A stretch of DNA of 64,000 bases from an uncultured Chloroflexia bacterium (GCA_963762445.1 CAVXLA010000007.1:72546-136545); one strand, 5' to 3'; shown: positions 12,135 through 23,945, counted from the stretch's first letter. The notes: a model not told the origin generated them from the letters alone. A program made the numbers and translations.

Positions 12135-13096
12135 GCCGGCCGGCCATCCGGGCGATTCTCGGCCTCGCGATCTCCGCGCTCTCAGTCTGGCTCGTCGTGG
12201 GTCGGGTCGACCTGGAGGCGGCCTGGGCCTGGCTCCGCGGGGCCAACCTCGCCTGGGTCGCTGCGTCGCTCGCCTGCATCGCCCTCGACGTGGCCCTGCG
12301 GGCCATCCGCTGGCGCGCGCTCCTGGCGCCCGTGGCCCGGCTGCCGCTCGCGCCTGTCGGCGCCTCCCTGCTCGTCGGCTACCTCGCCAACAACGTCCTG
12401 CCCGCACGCCTCGGCGAGCTGGTCCGCAGCCACCACCTCGGGGACCGGACCGGCGTCTCCCGGGCCAGCGTCCTGGGCACCGTCGTCGTGGAGCGGGTGG
12501 TGGACACGGGCGTCCTCGTGACGATCGCCTCGGCAGCGATCGTCGTCCTCTCCGTGCGTGGCTTCGTGGCGAGTGCGGCGCTCCTCGGCCTGGCGGCGAC
12601 CGGCCTGCTGGTCGCGGGCCTCGCGCTCGCGCTCGTCGCCCACCGGCTGCCCTTCGCGGATCGCGTCGTCGCCGCGGCCGAACGGCGCCCGGCGGTGGCC
12701 CGGGCCGCGGCGCGCCTGCGGGGCGGCCTTGCGGTGGCCGGGCGACCGGCCACGATGGCCGCCGCGATCGGCTGGTCGCTGGGGGCGTGGGCGGCGACCA
12801 TCGTCGCGTTCGCCGCGGCGGGCCAGGCGATCGGCGTCGAGCTGACCTGGGGGCAGGCGGCGCTCCTGGCGGCGGGCGTCTCGCTCGTCACCGCGATCCC
12901 GGCCGGGCCCGGCTACGTCGGCACCTTCGAGCTCGCGGCGGTGGAGATCGGCCGCGCGGTCGGGACTGCGCCGGATGCGGCCTTCGCGCTGGCGTTCCTC
13001 GTCCACGCGGCGATCCTGGTCGTCACCTCGGTGGGCGGCGTCGTCGCCTTCGTGGCGACCGGGCGCGCTGCCGATCATCGGGAAGGTCGGGGCTGA
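12131..13096 (+). CDS. UPF0104 / lysylphosphatidylglycerol-synthase-TM-region family membrane protein
   Basis: GTGA overlap with the GT2 stop (12131-12134). Multi-TM protein with RWRALL, GYLANNVLPARLGELVR and PAGPGYVGTFE motifs. The GT2+UPF0104 pairing is common. Confidence 0.75.
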   Translation: MSRPAIRAILGLAISALSVWLVVGRVDLEAAWAWLRGANLAWVAASLACIALDVALRAIRWRALLAPVARLPLAPVGASLLVGYLANNVLPARLGELVRSHHLGDRTGVSRASVLGTVVVERVVDTGVLVTIASAAIVVLSVRGFVASAALLGLAATGLLVAGLALALVAHRLPFADRVVAAAERRPAVARAAARLRGGLAVAGRPATMAAAIGWSLGAWAATIVAFAAAGQAIGVELTWGQAALLAAGVSLVTAIPAGPGYVGTFELAAVEIGRAVGTAPDAAFALAFLVHAAILVVTSVGGVVAFVATGRAADHREGRG

Positions 13097-13159
13097 CGGG
13101 CGACCACCCGGCCGCCCGGGGGACACGGCGCCACGCCGCGCCGTGCCCCGGGACATGCC

Positions 13160-13192
13160 GACGCCCGCGAACGGTGGCCGTCCGCGGGCGTC
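13160..13192. terminator. GC-rich hairpin between convergent genes (bidirectional terminator candidate)
   Basis: The 10-bp stem gacgcccgcg / cgcgggcgtc has further pairing inside the loop (acgg..ccgt). It lies between the 13096 and 13224 gene ends. No clear U-tract. Confidence 0.3.
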
Positions 13193-13223
13193 GACGTTGC
13201 GCGAGAAGGCGCGAGGCGACGGC

Positions 13224-14231
13224 CTACGGCGCCGGCTTCGCGAGGTCGCTCAGCTTCGAGATCCCGTACTTCTCGGCCGTCGCCTTCGTGACGACGAAGC
13301 CGTTCTGGTCCGTGGCCGGCGCCGGGTCGAGCGTCGTGAGCCCCTTCGGCGCAAGCCGCTCCTTGAGCTTGGCCACGGTGGCCACTGGATCGGTGGACGC
13401 CTCGCCGGCGCCGCTGTTGACGTACTCGAGGGCCGTTGCGGCGTACTCGGCGAGGATGTCGATCTCGCCGGCCTCGAGGGCCGGGAAGACGATCTCGCGG
13501 TTGCCCAGCTGGAACTTCCGCTCGACCGTGAAGCCATTCGCCTCGAGGACCTGGGCGAACAGCTCGCCGAGGATCTCCTGCTCGTAGAAGTTGGTCGAGC
13601 CGACCTTGACGGTCGTGCCCGCGCCGGCGGTCCCCGACGTGAGCCCGGCTGAGCCGAGCCACGCCTTGACGACGTCCTTGGGATCCTTCTGGTCGACCGA
13701 GACCTGCTTGTTGAGACTCGTCAGGGTCGCCTGGTCGAGGGCGGCCATCCACGGGTTCAGGATGTCCGCGATGGCCGGCGTCGCGTCGAGCACAGCCGTT
13801 CGGACGACGGGCACGAGGTTGTCCGCCAGCTGGAGCTGCTTGTCGTCCGCCAGGAGGACAAAGCCGTTGGCGGCGATGGCGGGATCCGACGTGAAGAGCA
13901 GGCCGATGTCGACCTGGCCGTTCTTGACCGCCTCGACAGTGATCGGGCCCCCGGCGTCGAGCGGCTTGAACTCCTTGAACGTGAGCCCGTAGGTCTTCTC
14001 CAGCCCGACCGCGCAGAACGGGCGCTGCGGGCACTCGGGCGGCCCGCCCAGCACGAGGGTGCTGGCAAGCGATGCGGGGACGGGTGTGGGCGCCGCGCTC
14101 GCGGTTGGCGCGGGCGTCGCCGGAGCGGGCGTTGCCGCCGCCGGCGTTGGACTGCCCCCACCCGACGTGCACGCGCCGACGAGCAGCGCGAGCAACGTCG
14201 CCCCGAGGGCAGCCCTGCGGATGCTCCGCAT
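13224..14231 (-). CDS. Osmoprotectant (glycine betaine/choline-type, OpuAC/OpuCC family) ABC substrate-binding lipoprotein
   Basis: GGAGAAGGAGGA RBS. Signal peptide with lipobox (LLVGAC). Two OpuAC-like lobes (GSTNFYEQEILGELFAQVLEANGF...; GPITVEAVKNGQVDIGLLFTSD). Confidence 0.85.
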   Translation of the reverse strand: MRSIRRAALGATLLALLVGACTSGGGSPTPAAATPAPATPAPTASAAPTPVPASLASTLVLGGPPECPQRPFCAVGLEKTYGLTFKEFKPLDAGGPITVEAVKNGQVDIGLLFTSDPAIAANGFVLLADDKQLQLADNLVPVVRTAVLDATPAIADILNPWMAALDQATLTSLNKQVSVDQKDPKDVVKAWLGSAGLTSGTAGAGTTVKVGSTNFYEQEILGELFAQVLEANGFTVERKFQLGNREIVFPALEAGEIDILAEYAATALEYVNSGAGEASTDPVATVAKLKERLAPKGLTTLDPAPATDQNGFVVTKATAEKYGISKLSDLAKPAP

Positions 14232-14322
14232 GGGTCCTCCTTCTCCGTGGTCCGCGGATCGTCCACCGGGCGCATCCCCCACCGGGCGCTTCCCCCAGCG
14301 GCCGCGGAGCGGCAACGATAGC

Positions 14323-15066
14323 TCAGAGCCCAGGTTGTCGCGCCGGGACCTCCCCGGGCGCCCCGGGCCGGGTGACCCCGCGGACCGCGAATCGCCGCTC
14401 CATCACCGTGAAGGCGCGTTCCGTCGCGATCGCGAGGGCTGCCACGAGGATGGCTCCGGCCACCAGGCGGGCCGTCCCCTCCGCTCCCCGCAGGGCGAAG
14501 CCGTCGACGATGTAGCGCCCGAAGCCGCCCCCCGCGACGAGCGCGCCAAGAGTCGCGGTCGCCACCACCTGGACCGCCGCCGTGCGGGCGCCGACGAGGA
14601 TGAGCGGCATCCCGGCGGGGAGCTCCACCCGGCGGAGGACCTGGAGCTCGCGCATCCCCATCCCCCGACCTGCCTCGATCATGTCGCGGTCCACCTCGCG
14701 GAGCGCGACGTGGGCGCCGGCGAGGAGCGGCGGGATGGCGAGCAGGACGAGCGTCGGCAGCGTGGTGGGCGCGCCGAGGGCGCCCGTGAGGGTGAAGAAG
14801 ACGAGCAGGAGCGCGTACGACGGGACCGCGCGGCCGATGCTCGCGACATTGAGGACGGAGGTCCCCCAGCGGCCCGTGTGGCCGGTGTAGAGGCCCACCG
14901 GCACGGCGATCAGCGCGGCGACGAGGAGCGAGGCCCCCGAGAGCGCGACGTGCTCGAGCAGGCGCGCCGGGATCCCGTTCGATCCGCTCCAGTGGGCCGC
15001 GTCGAGCAGCCAGGCGACCCCGCTGCCGAGGATGTCCACGGTCAGGCCGCCCGGGCCCGCGCCCAT
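14323..15066 (-). CDS. ABC transporter permease (OpuCB/OpuCD type)
   Basis: BPD-transporter EAA-like loop (IEAGRGMGMRELQVLRRVELPAGMPLI). The start is ATG 15066 or GTG 15039. Confidence 0.85.
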   Translation of the reverse strand: MGAGPGGLTVDILGSGVAWLLDAAHWSGSNGIPARLLEHVALSGASLLVAALIAVPVGLYTGHTGRWGTSVLNVASIGRAVPSYALLLVFFTLTGALGAPTTLPTLVLLAIPPLLAGAHVALREVDRDMIEAGRGMGMRELQVLRRVELPAGMPLILVGARTAAVQVVATATLGALVAGGGFGRYIVDGFALRGAEGTARLVAGAILVAALAIATERAFTVMERRFAVRGVTRPGAPGEVPARQPGL

Positions 15067-15686
15067 GGCGTCAGCAGCCGCTGGAACCCGACGAGGGCCA
15101 GGTCGAACGCCACCGCCAGGGCGACCGAGACCACGATCCCCACGTAGACCATGGTCGGGAAGCTGCGGTTGAAGCCGCGCAGCATGAGCTGGCCCAGGCC
15201 CCCCTCGCCGATCAGCGCGGTCACCATCACGAGGCCGATGGTCGTGACCGTGGCGAGGCGGAGGGCGGCGACGATGACGGGCACGGCCAGCGGCAGCTCC
15301 ACCCGGGCCAGGCGCTGGCGCCCCGTGTAGCCCATCCCGGTGGCGGCCTCGATGGCATCGCTCGGCACGGCGTCGAGCCCGGAGACGACGCCGCGCACGA
15401 GGATGAGCAGCGTGTAGCTCACGAGGCCGATCTCCGACGTCAGCACGGACAGCCCGGTGAACGGCACGAGGACGGCGAAGAGGGCCAGGCTCGGGATCGT
15501 GTAGAGCAGCCCGGCGACGCCGGCGATCGGGCCGTAGAGCGGCCGCCAGCGGTACGCCGCGAGGCCCAGGGCCAGGCTGAGCGCGAAGCCCACGCCCACG
15601 GCGACGACGGTGAGCACGACGTGGTCGAGCGTCGCCGCGGCGATCTCGTCGAGGTTGCCGGCGATCCAGTCCCAGCGGATCGTCAT
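15042..15686 (-). CDS. ABC transporter permease (OpuCB/OpuCD type)
   Basis: ATGA overlap with the ATPase stop (15683-15686). Contains IEAATGMGYTGRQRLARVELPLAVPVI. Confidence 0.85.
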   Translation of the reverse strand: MTIRWDWIAGNLDEIAAATLDHVVLTVVAVGVGFALSLALGLAAYRWRPLYGPIAGVAGLLYTIPSLALFAVLVPFTGLSVLTSEIGLVSYTLLILVRGVVSGLDAVPSDAIEAATGMGYTGRQRLARVELPLAVPVIVAALRLATVTTIGLVMVTALIGEGGLGQLMLRGFNRSFPTMVYVGIVVSVALAVAFDLALVGFQRLLTPWARARAA

Positions 15687-16948
15687 CCGGCCGGCCTCGC
15701 GCCCCCGCTTCTCCGAGCGCGCCTCGCATTCCCGGGTCGGGCGCCGGCCGGCGCCGTCCCGTCGGGGCCATCCCCGTCGCGTCCCGCCTCCTCGCCGGGG
15801 GCCGTGTCGCGAAGGAGCCCGGCGATGGCGGCCACCGTCACCAGGCCCATGACGCGCTTCGCCTGGTCGACAACGATCCCGGCGTGGACGTCGGCGTCGA
15901 GGAGGATCGAAAGGGCGTCCTTGAGCGTGGCCCGCCGGTCGAGGAGGGGAGCGGCCGGCGACGACCGCGATTCCGTGAGGGGGCTCCCGGGCCGGATCTC
16001 GTCGCGGGCGATCCAGGCCACCGGCCGGTCGAGCTCGTCGAGGAGGAGGAGCCATGGAAACGACCCGGCCAGGGCCCGGCGGTGCGCGTCCGTCCCGATG
16101 TCGCCGGCCCGCGCCGTCACCGGCGACAGGAGCTCCAGGTCCGCGACCCGGCTGAGGCTCAGGCGCTTGAGGCCTCGGTCGGTCCCGACGAAGCGGGCCA
16201 CGAACGGCGACGCCGGGCTGGCCAGGATCTCGGCCGGCGGCCCGAATTGGGCGAGCACGCCGCCGTCGGCCAGCACGGCGACGAGGTCGCCCATCTTGAT
16301 CGCCTCGTCGATGTCGTGGGTGACGAAGAGGATCGTCTTGGCGAGCGATTCCTGGAGCCGCAGGAGCTCGTCCTGCAGGCGCTCCCGGACGATGGGGTCC
16401 ACGGCGCCAAAGGGCTCGTCCATGAGCATGATCGGCGGGTCGGCGGCGAGCGCCCGGGCCACCCCGACGCGCTGGCGCTCGCCCCCGGACAGCTGGACCG
16501 GGTAGCGCCGCGCGTAGGTCCCCGGCTCGAGGCCGACCAGGTCGAGGAGCTCCTCGGCGCGCTCCCGGCGCCGCGCCGCGGGCCAGCCGAGCAGGCGCGG
16601 CACCGTCGCCACGTTCTCGGCGATCGTCTCGTGGGGGAAGAGGCCCACCTGCTGGATGACGTACCCGATCCCGCGGCGCAGCTCCGCCAGGTCGCGCCCG
16701 GCGACGTCCTCCCCGTCGAGAAGGATCCGCCCCGCCGTCGGCTCGATGAGCCGGTTGACCATCTTGAGCGAGGTGGTCTTGCCGCAGCCCGAGGGACCGA
16801 CGAGGACGCAGATGCTGCCCGCGGGCACGGCCAGCGAGAGGTCGTTCACGGCGCCGGGCGCGCCGCGCCTCAGCGCGCGTCGGTCGTAGTGCTTGCTGAC
16901 GTGCTCGAACGCGACGGTGGCGGCTCGAGCTGCGGCCTGATCCGGCAT
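15683..16948 (-). CDS. Osmoprotectant ABC transporter ATP-binding protein with a C-terminal CBS pair
   Basis: Walker A GPSGCGKTT, signature LSGGERQRVGVARAL, Walker B IMLMDEPF, and a C-terminal CBS-like region. Start taken at MPDQAAA. Confidence 0.9.
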   Translation of the reverse strand: MPDQAAARAATVAFEHVSKHYDRRALRRGAPGAVNDLSLAVPAGSICVLVGPSGCGKTTSLKMVNRLIEPTAGRILLDGEDVAGRDLAELRRGIGYVIQQVGLFPHETIAENVATVPRLLGWPAARRRERAEELLDLVGLEPGTYARRYPVQLSGGERQRVGVARALAADPPIMLMDEPFGAVDPIVRERLQDELLRLQESLAKTILFVTHDIDEAIKMGDLVAVLADGGVLAQFGPPAEILASPASPFVARFVGTDRGLKRLSLSRVADLELLSPVTARAGDIGTDAHRRALAGSFPWLLLLDELDRPVAWIARDEIRPGSPLTESRSSPAAPLLDRRATLKDALSILLDADVHAGIVVDQAKRVMGLVTVAAIAGLLRDTAPGEEAGRDGDGPDGTAPAGARPGNARRARRSGGARPAG

Positions 16949-17064
16949 CCTCTCCGGGTACCCTCGGGCGTGGTTCCGGCACACCCTACCCGAACCACCG
17001 GCCGCGTGGATCTCGCGGGCCGCGAGGCGGCCCGCCGCGGCTGGGCAGGTGGCAGAATCGCGCC

Positions 17065-18090
17065 ATGACGTACGTTCCCGCCTCCACCCGCTACGACGCC
17101 ATGCAGTACCGGCGCTCCGGCCGGAGCGGGCTCCAGCTGCCCGCGATCTCGCTCGGGCTCTGGCAGAACTTCGGGCACGACCAGGCGCTCGACCGACAGC
17201 GCGAGGTGATCCGCCGGGCCTTCGACCGGGGGGTCACCCATTTCGACCTGGCGAACAACTACGGGCCGCCCTACGGGTCCGCGGAGGAGAACTTCGGCCG
17301 CATCCTGGCCGGCGACCTCCGCGGCTACCGGGACGAGCTCGTGATCTCCTCGAAGGCCGGCTACGACATGTGGCCCGGCCCGTACGGCAACTGGGGCTCC
17401 CGCAAGTACCTGCTCGCGAGCCTCGACCAGAGCCTCGGCCGGATGGGCCTGGACTACGTCGACATCTTCTACTCGCACCGGGCCGACCCGGCGACGCCGC
17501 TCGAGGAGACCATGGGCGCGCTCGACGCCGCGGTGCGGCAGGGCAAGGCCCTGTACGCGGGGATCTCGTCGTACTCGGCCGAGAGGACGCGCGAGGCCGT
17601 CGTCATCCTGCGCGAGCTGGGAACGCCGCTCCTGATCTCGCAGCCCTCGTACTCGATGCTCAACCGCTGGATCGAAGGAGGCCTCCTGGACGTCCTGGGC
17701 GACGAGGGCGTCGGCTGCATCGTCTTCTCGCCGCTGGGGCAGGGGCTCCTGACCGGGAAGTACCTGGACGGGATCCCGGCCGGCTCTCGGGCGCGGCCGG
17801 GAGGCTCGTTCTCCCCGGGCCTCCTGGACGGCGACACGCTGGGCAAGGTCCGCGCGCTGGCCGGCATCGCCCGACGGCGGGGGCAGACCCTCGCCCAGAT
17901 GGCCCTCGCCTGGGTGCTGCGCGACCCGCGCGTCACCTCGGCGCTCATCGGGGCGGGCAGCGTGGCCCAGCTCGACGAGAACCTCGCCGCGCTCGACAAC
18001 CTCGCGTTCTCGGCGGAGGAGCTCGCCGAGATCGACCGCCACGCCACGGACAGCGGGATCAACATCTGGGCGGCGTCCAGCGAAGCGTGA
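17065..18090 (+). CDS. Aldo/keto reductase (YghZ/Gpr-like)
   Basis: MQYRRSGRSGLQLPAISLGLWQNFG, THFDLANNYGPPYGSAEENFG, DIFYSHR and SPLGQGLLTGKY. Confidence 0.9.
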   Translation: MTYVPASTRYDAMQYRRSGRSGLQLPAISLGLWQNFGHDQALDRQREVIRRAFDRGVTHFDLANNYGPPYGSAEENFGRILAGDLRGYRDELVISSKAGYDMWPGPYGNWGSRKYLLASLDQSLGRMGLDYVDIFYSHRADPATPLEETMGALDAAVRQGKALYAGISSYSAERTREAVVILRELGTPLLISQPSYSMLNRWIEGGLLDVLGDEGVGCIVFSPLGQGLLTGKYLDGIPAGSRARPGGSFSPGLLDGDTLGKVRALAGIARRRGQTLAQMALAWVLRDPRVTSALIGAGSVAQLDENLAALDNLAFSAEELAEIDRHATDSGINIWAASSEA

Positions 18091-18165
18091 GGCCGCCGGC
18101 GACCGGGCGCCTGCGTCCGCGACCGCCGGCTGCCGCGCGTCCCACCGGCCCGCACCCGCCGGCCG

Positions 18166-18717
18166 CTACCCCGGCAGGGTCGCCAGGTCTCGCTCGATGA
18201 CCTCGCGGTCCTCCGCGTCGGCGACGGCGGCGGCCAGCGCGGCGGCACGGGACGTCCACGCCGCGCCTTCGGCGGCATCGCCCGCGACGAACGACGCCCG
18301 GGCCATCGCCTCGTAGACGGCCGGGCGATCCCAGTCCTCGACGGCCGCGCCCCCGGCCTCGACGAGCGCCACGGCCCGGCGCGCGTGCCAGAGGGCGGGC
18401 TCCGCCCGGCCCAGGACGGCGTACACGCGGCTGCACATCCACTCGCCGCGCCAGAGACGGGCCGGCGTGTCCGCGATCTCGCCCCAGTGGAAGCGCGAGG
18501 CGTGCGCCGCGTGGATCAGCTCGGCGTCCTGCTCGGGCGTCCGCGCGGGAAGCTCGAGGAGCTCCCAGCAGCGGTTGAAGAGACCGGCAGCCAGCGCCCG
18601 CCGCGTCGCCGGGTCCAGGTCGGGCGGGGGCGGTGGCGTGGGCGCGGCCGGCGGCGCCTGCGGGTCCGGCACCGCCGGCGGCTGCGACGGGACCAGCCGC
18701 TGCGGTGGCTCGGCCAT
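18166..18717 (-). CDS. Hypothetical protein
   Basis: GAGGAGGGG RBS. Pro-rich N-terminus followed by a helical domain (FNRCWELLE...HASRFHWGEI). No family assigned. Confidence 0.55.
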   Translation of the reverse strand: MAEPPQRLVPSQPPAVPDPQAPPAAPTPPPPPDLDPATRRALAAGLFNRCWELLELPARTPEQDAELIHAAHASRFHWGEIADTPARLWRGEWMCSRVYAVLGRAEPALWHARRAVALVEAGGAAVEDWDRPAVYEAMARASFVAGDAAEGAAWTSRAAALAAAVADAEDREVIERDLATLPG

Positions 18718-18901
18718 GATTCCCCTCCTCGCCGGCGATCGTGATGATCGCCGCCCGCGCCGTCAAGCGATCCCGACGCTCGCGCCCATGCAGGCCACGG
18801 CTTGATTCAGGCTGGTTTCAGGCTTCGGGGCCACGCTCCCGCCTGACGCATGCGGCTGCCCATCTCGCGCCGCGCGGACACGGATCGACGGAGACCCACG
18901 G

Positions 18902-20862
18902 ATGCGCTGGAAGACGCTGGGCGCCGCGCTCCTCGTCGTGGTCGGGATCGGCGCCGCGGCATTCGCCGTGGTCGGGCCCAACCTCGGCGGGACCGCAGCC
19001 ACGCAATACCTCACGAGCCAGGCGACGATCACCGACGTCGTGGACCAGGTGGCCGCGACGGGGACGATCGTGGCGGGGACCACGTACGACTTCGCCTTCG
19101 GCAGCGCCCCGTCCGTGGCGACGAGCTCGACCTCGGCGTCCACCGCGGGCACGGGCGGTGCAACCTCGTGGATCGTGAAGACCGTCGCCGTCACCCCGGG
19201 CCAGGCCGTCGCGGTCGGCGACCTCCTCGCCACCGCCGACACCAGCAGCGCTGAGCTCGACCTCGCGGTCGCCGAGGCAAACCTCCTCGCGGCCAGGGCG
19301 CGCCTGGCCAGCGACAAGGGCGGCCTGACGGCGACGGAGAAGGCGTCGGCGCTGCTCCAGGTGACGCAGGCACGGCAGCAGCTCGCCAACGCCCGCGCCT
19401 CGTACACGCAGTCGGCCGCCCAGAACGCGCTCAAGGTGACCGAGGCCGAGCAGGCCGTCGCCGACGCCAGGGCCGAGCTCGCGACGGCCAAGGCGGGACC
19501 GACGGCCGATGTCGTCGCGTCTGCCGACGAGGCGCTCGCGGCGGCGAAGCTCTCCCACCAGGGCACGGTCCAGTCGGTCGCCGACAGCCGCAGCCAGAAC
19601 GCCCTGAAGCTCTCGCAGGCCGCGAATGCCGTCTCGGCGGCGTCCACGAGCCTCGGCTCGGCGCAGGCCACCCTGTCGACCGCCGAGGCGGCCCTCGTCG
19701 CCGCGCGCGCGAAGCTCGCCACCGACCAGGCGGCCACCCCCCAGGACCCGGCCGCGATCGCCGCCGACCAGGCGGCCATCTCGCAGGACCAGGCGGCCGT
19801 CACGCAGGCCACCGCGGCCGTCACGCAGGCGCAGCAGGCCCTGACCTCGGCCCAGGGCAGCAGCGATTCCACCACGGCGCAGCTGACGGCGCAGGAGAAC
19901 CAGCTCGCGACCCAGCTCGCCCAGGCGGAGCTGTCGTGGGCCTCGGCGCAGCGCCAGTACGAATCGAAGGTCGCGCCGTCGCAGACCACCACCGATGCCG
20001 CCACGAAGGCCGCGACGCAGGCCGAGCAGAGCCTCGCGAGCCTCAAGCTCCAGGTCAGCCAGTCGACCACCCAGGCCTCCCAGCAGACCACCTCCGCCCA
20101 GCTGAGCCTGCAGGCGGCGGAGCTCGCCTACACGACCAGGACCGGCCCGGCCGACGAGGCCACGATCGCCGCCGACAAGGTGTCGGTGGCCCAGGCCGAG
20201 CAGGCGGTCGCCGAGGCGAAGCTCGTGATCGAGCGCGCGACGATCACCTGTCCCGTGGACGGCTTCGTGGTCGCCGTCAACGTGAGCCCGGGCCTCACCG
20301 CGCCGTCGGGGACCGCCATCTCGGTCCGGTCGGCGGCGCTCGAGGTGACGGCCTCGGTCACCGAATCCGACTTGCCCCTGATCGCGGTCGGTCAGGCGGC
20401 GACGGTGACGATCACGGCGCTCGCGAAGGACGTCACGGGCACCGTCGAACAGATCGACCAGGTGCCGGCCTCGGCGAGCGGCGGCGTCGTCAGCTACGGC
20501 ATCGTCGTCACCCTGCCGGAGGCCCCGAAGGGCGCCGTCCCCGGCATGAGCGCGGAGATCGCGGTGACCACCGCCTCGGCCACCAACGTCCTCGCCGTGC
20601 CCGCGATCGCGCTCGGCACGGCGACCGACGGGACCTACACGGTGCGGGTCCTCGACGCCTCCGGGCAGCCGACATCGGTCGCGGTTGACGTGGGGCTGAT
20701 CAGCTCCTCCCTGGCCGAGATCAAGAGCGGCATCAGCGAGGGGACGGCGGTGGTCGTCGGGACGGCCAGCGACCGCACGAGCACCAGCACCACCACGACG
20801 ACGCGGATCCCCGGCCTTGATGGAGGCGGCGCGTTCCCCGGCGGCGGGTTCCAGGTGCGGCC

Positions 20863-20866
<4 letters not shown>
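18902..20866 (+). CDS. HlyD/MacA-family efflux adaptor (membrane fusion protein) with a very long coiled coil
   Basis: N-terminal TM anchor, then roughly 290 aa of Ala/Gln-rich heptad-like sequence. The C-terminus has beta-barrel/MP-domain motifs (ITCPVDGFVVAVNV..., GMSAEIAVTT..., VLAVPAIAL). ATGA-coupled to the following ABC ATPase. Confidence 0.8.
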
Positions 20867-21638
<772 letters not shown>

Positions 21639-21642
<4 letters not shown>

Positions 21643-22847
21643 GGTACCTCGAGCTCGTCCAGCTGGCCGTCTCGCGCCTCGCCGCCGCCCGCCTGCGCGC
21701 GGTCCTCACGATGCTCGGCATCATCATCGGGGTCGGCTCGATCGTCGCCCTGGTGGCCGTCGCCCAGGGGGCGACGAGCGGGATCACGAACCGGATCCAG
21801 AGCCTGGGCACCAACCTCCTGACGGTCCAGCCCGGCTCGGCGACCAGCGGATTCGTCCGCCAGGGGGCAGGCTCGGCGACGACCCTCACGCTCGGCGACG
21901 CGGAGGCGATCGCCGCCCTCGCGGGCGTCGCGGCAGTCGCCCCGCAGGTCTCGACGCAGGCCGTCGTCATCGCCGGGGACAAGAACACGACGACCTCGGT
22001 CGTGGGCACGACGGCCGACTACCTGGCCGTCCGCACCTACGAGATCTGGCAGGGCTCGTTCCTGACGGAGGTCGCCAACCAGGAATCGCTGCGCGTCGCC
22101 GTCCTCGGGTCGACGACGGCCGACGACCTGGGCCTGGGCAAGGACGCCATCGGCCGCGAGATCCTCGTCGGCAGGATCCCCTTCCGCGTGGTCGGGATCC
22201 TGCAGGCCAAGGGCACGTCCGGAACGTCAAGCCAGGACGACCAGGTCCTGGTCCCGATCTCGACGGCCCAACGCTACTTCGTGGCGGGCACCAGGGTCCG
22301 CTCGATCGCCGTCAGCGTCGCCTCGGCCGGCGCGATCGAGCTGACCAAGGCACGCCTGAAGGCCGTCCTCCAGGAGCGGCACGGCACGAACGGGACGAAC
22401 GACGACTTCAACATCGCCGATCAGGCCCAGCTGCTCGACACCTTCTCGTCGGTGACGGGCCTGCTCACCCTGCTGCTGGCCGGCATCGCCTCGATCTCGC
22501 TCGTCGTCGGCGGCATCGGGATCATGAACATCATGCTCGTCAGCGTTCGCGAGCGGACGCGCGAGATCGGGATCCGCAAGGCGGTCGGCGCCCGGGGCTC
22601 CGACGTCCTGCTCCAGTTCCTCGTCGAGGCCCTCGTCCTCTCGCTCATGGGTGGCCTGATCGGCATCGTCGTCGGCGTCGCGGCTTCCGCCGCCATCGCG
22701 GCGGTCGCCGGCTGGGGCTTCTCCTTCAGCCCGCTCACCGTCGTCGTCGCCGTCGGCTTCAGCCTGATCGTCGGCGTCGTCTTCGGCGTCTGGCCCGCGC
22801 GCCAGGCCGCCCGGCTCGATCCCATCACCGCTCTTCGCTACGAGTAA
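21639..22847 (+). CDS. ABC transporter permease (MacB/FtsX family)
   Basis: MacB_PCD-like periplasmic domain plus a C-terminal FtsX domain ([27 protein letters not shown]). ATGA overlap with the ATPase gene. Confidence 0.9.
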
Positions 22848-22857
22848 GGAGACCGCC

Positions 22858-23469
22858 ATGACCGATCCCACGCAGCCCGTCGGCGACGCCCCGCCGCCGG
22901 CAGCGAGCCCCCGCGACGCCGCGGGCATCGGCCCGGGCGTGCTGCCGCTGGCGAGCGTGATCGCGAAGCCGAAGTCGCCAGGCAGCCGGAGCACCTCGCT
23001 CCTGCTGCTGCTCGCCGGCGCCATCGCGGTCGGCGGGCTCGCGTTTGCGGGCGGACGCCTGACCGCGCCGGCGGCCGCCACGTCAAGCAGGACCGCCAAC
23101 GGCCAGCGGTTCACGGGCACCGGCCAGGGGTTCACGGGCACCGGCCAGGCGTTTCCCGGTCGCGACGGGTTCGGTGGGATCTCGCTCACGGGAACGGTCG
23201 ACGCTGTCTCGGCCGACTCGATCACCCTCAAGCTCGCGTCGGGCACGTCCATCACGATCCCCCTCGACGCCAAGACGGCCTACCACAAGGCAGCCGCCGC
23301 CGCGGCCGGCGACGTCACCGTCGGCAGCCAGGTGCGGGTGACCCCGGGTGCCCGGACCGCGAACCCCGATGCCTCGTTCGTCCCGAACGCGTCCGCTGCG
23401 CCGGGCGCAGGCGGGATCAGCGGGATCGGCTTTGGCGCCGCGACGGACGTGACGTTGGTGCAGCCGTAG
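22858..23469 (+). CDS. Membrane-anchored hypothetical protein (DUF5666-like beta domain)
   Basis: AAGGAG RBS, one TM helix, a GQxFTGTG repeat, and GTVDAVSADSITLKLASGTSITIPLD. Lies immediately downstream of the MacAB-like genes. Confidence 0.6.
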   Translation: MTDPTQPVGDAPPPAASPRDAAGIGPGVLPLASVIAKPKSPGSRSTSLLLLLAGAIAVGGLAFAGGRLTAPAAATSSRTANGQRFTGTGQGFTGTGQAFPGRDGFGGISLTGTVDAVSADSITLKLASGTSITIPLDAKTAYHKAAAAAAGDVTVGSQVRVTPGARTANPDASFVPNASAAPGAGGISGIGFGAATDVTLVQP

Positions 23470-23660
23470 GGCGCAGGCCGCGGGCCCCACCACGAGTCGC
23501 GGCTCAACGCGACGCGTTACCGGCTGGGCCGGTAGGAATCAGGCTCGCCACGCTCCAGCGTGCGGTCAACCCGCCGGTGCTGCGCGTTTCCACACGTGGA
23601 GTGGGCCGCAGCAACCGGGCTGGCCGGTCATCGGTCGCCGCGAGCGATCCCGCGCGTCCG

Positions 23661-23945
23661 CTACGCGTTCTCCAGCTCGCGCGACATCGCCCGGAGGATG
23701 AAGCGGGCGGCCTCGGCCGACTTGGCGCCGAGCTTCTCGCCCGCCTCGACGTCGGCGTCGAGGGCGACGGCGAGATCCCCGAGCATCCGGTCGAGGGCCG
23801 GCGTCCGGATCAGCGCCCCGTCGGCCAGCGCGGCCTCGAGGCCGGCCGCGGCCGCCCGGGCGTTCTCGACGACGTGCCCCTTCGCCTCGACCAGGGCGCG
23901 GAAGGCCGCACGCGCGGCCTCGGCTGCCGGCCCGGTGGTGGTCAT
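23661..23945 (-). CDS. Small helical hypothetical protein (94 aa)
   Basis: ATGA overlap with the GNAT stop (23942-23945). Ala-rich helical product with high GC3. Confidence 0.45.
   Translation of the reverse strand: MTTTGPAAEAARAAFRALVEAKGHVVENARAAAAGLEAALADGALIRTPALDRMLGDLAVALDADVEAGEKLGAKSAEAARFILRAMSRELENA

Noticed and set aside
14323-15771. 482-aa and 646-aa ORFs (14323..15771 and 15042..16982) taken as single long proteins.
   Set aside because: Only the C-terminal ~215-250 aa of each are permease-like. The N-terminal extensions are Arg/Pro/Gly junk that overlaps the real upstream genes in other frames. I trimmed the starts to internal ATG/GTG codons with coupling overlaps.
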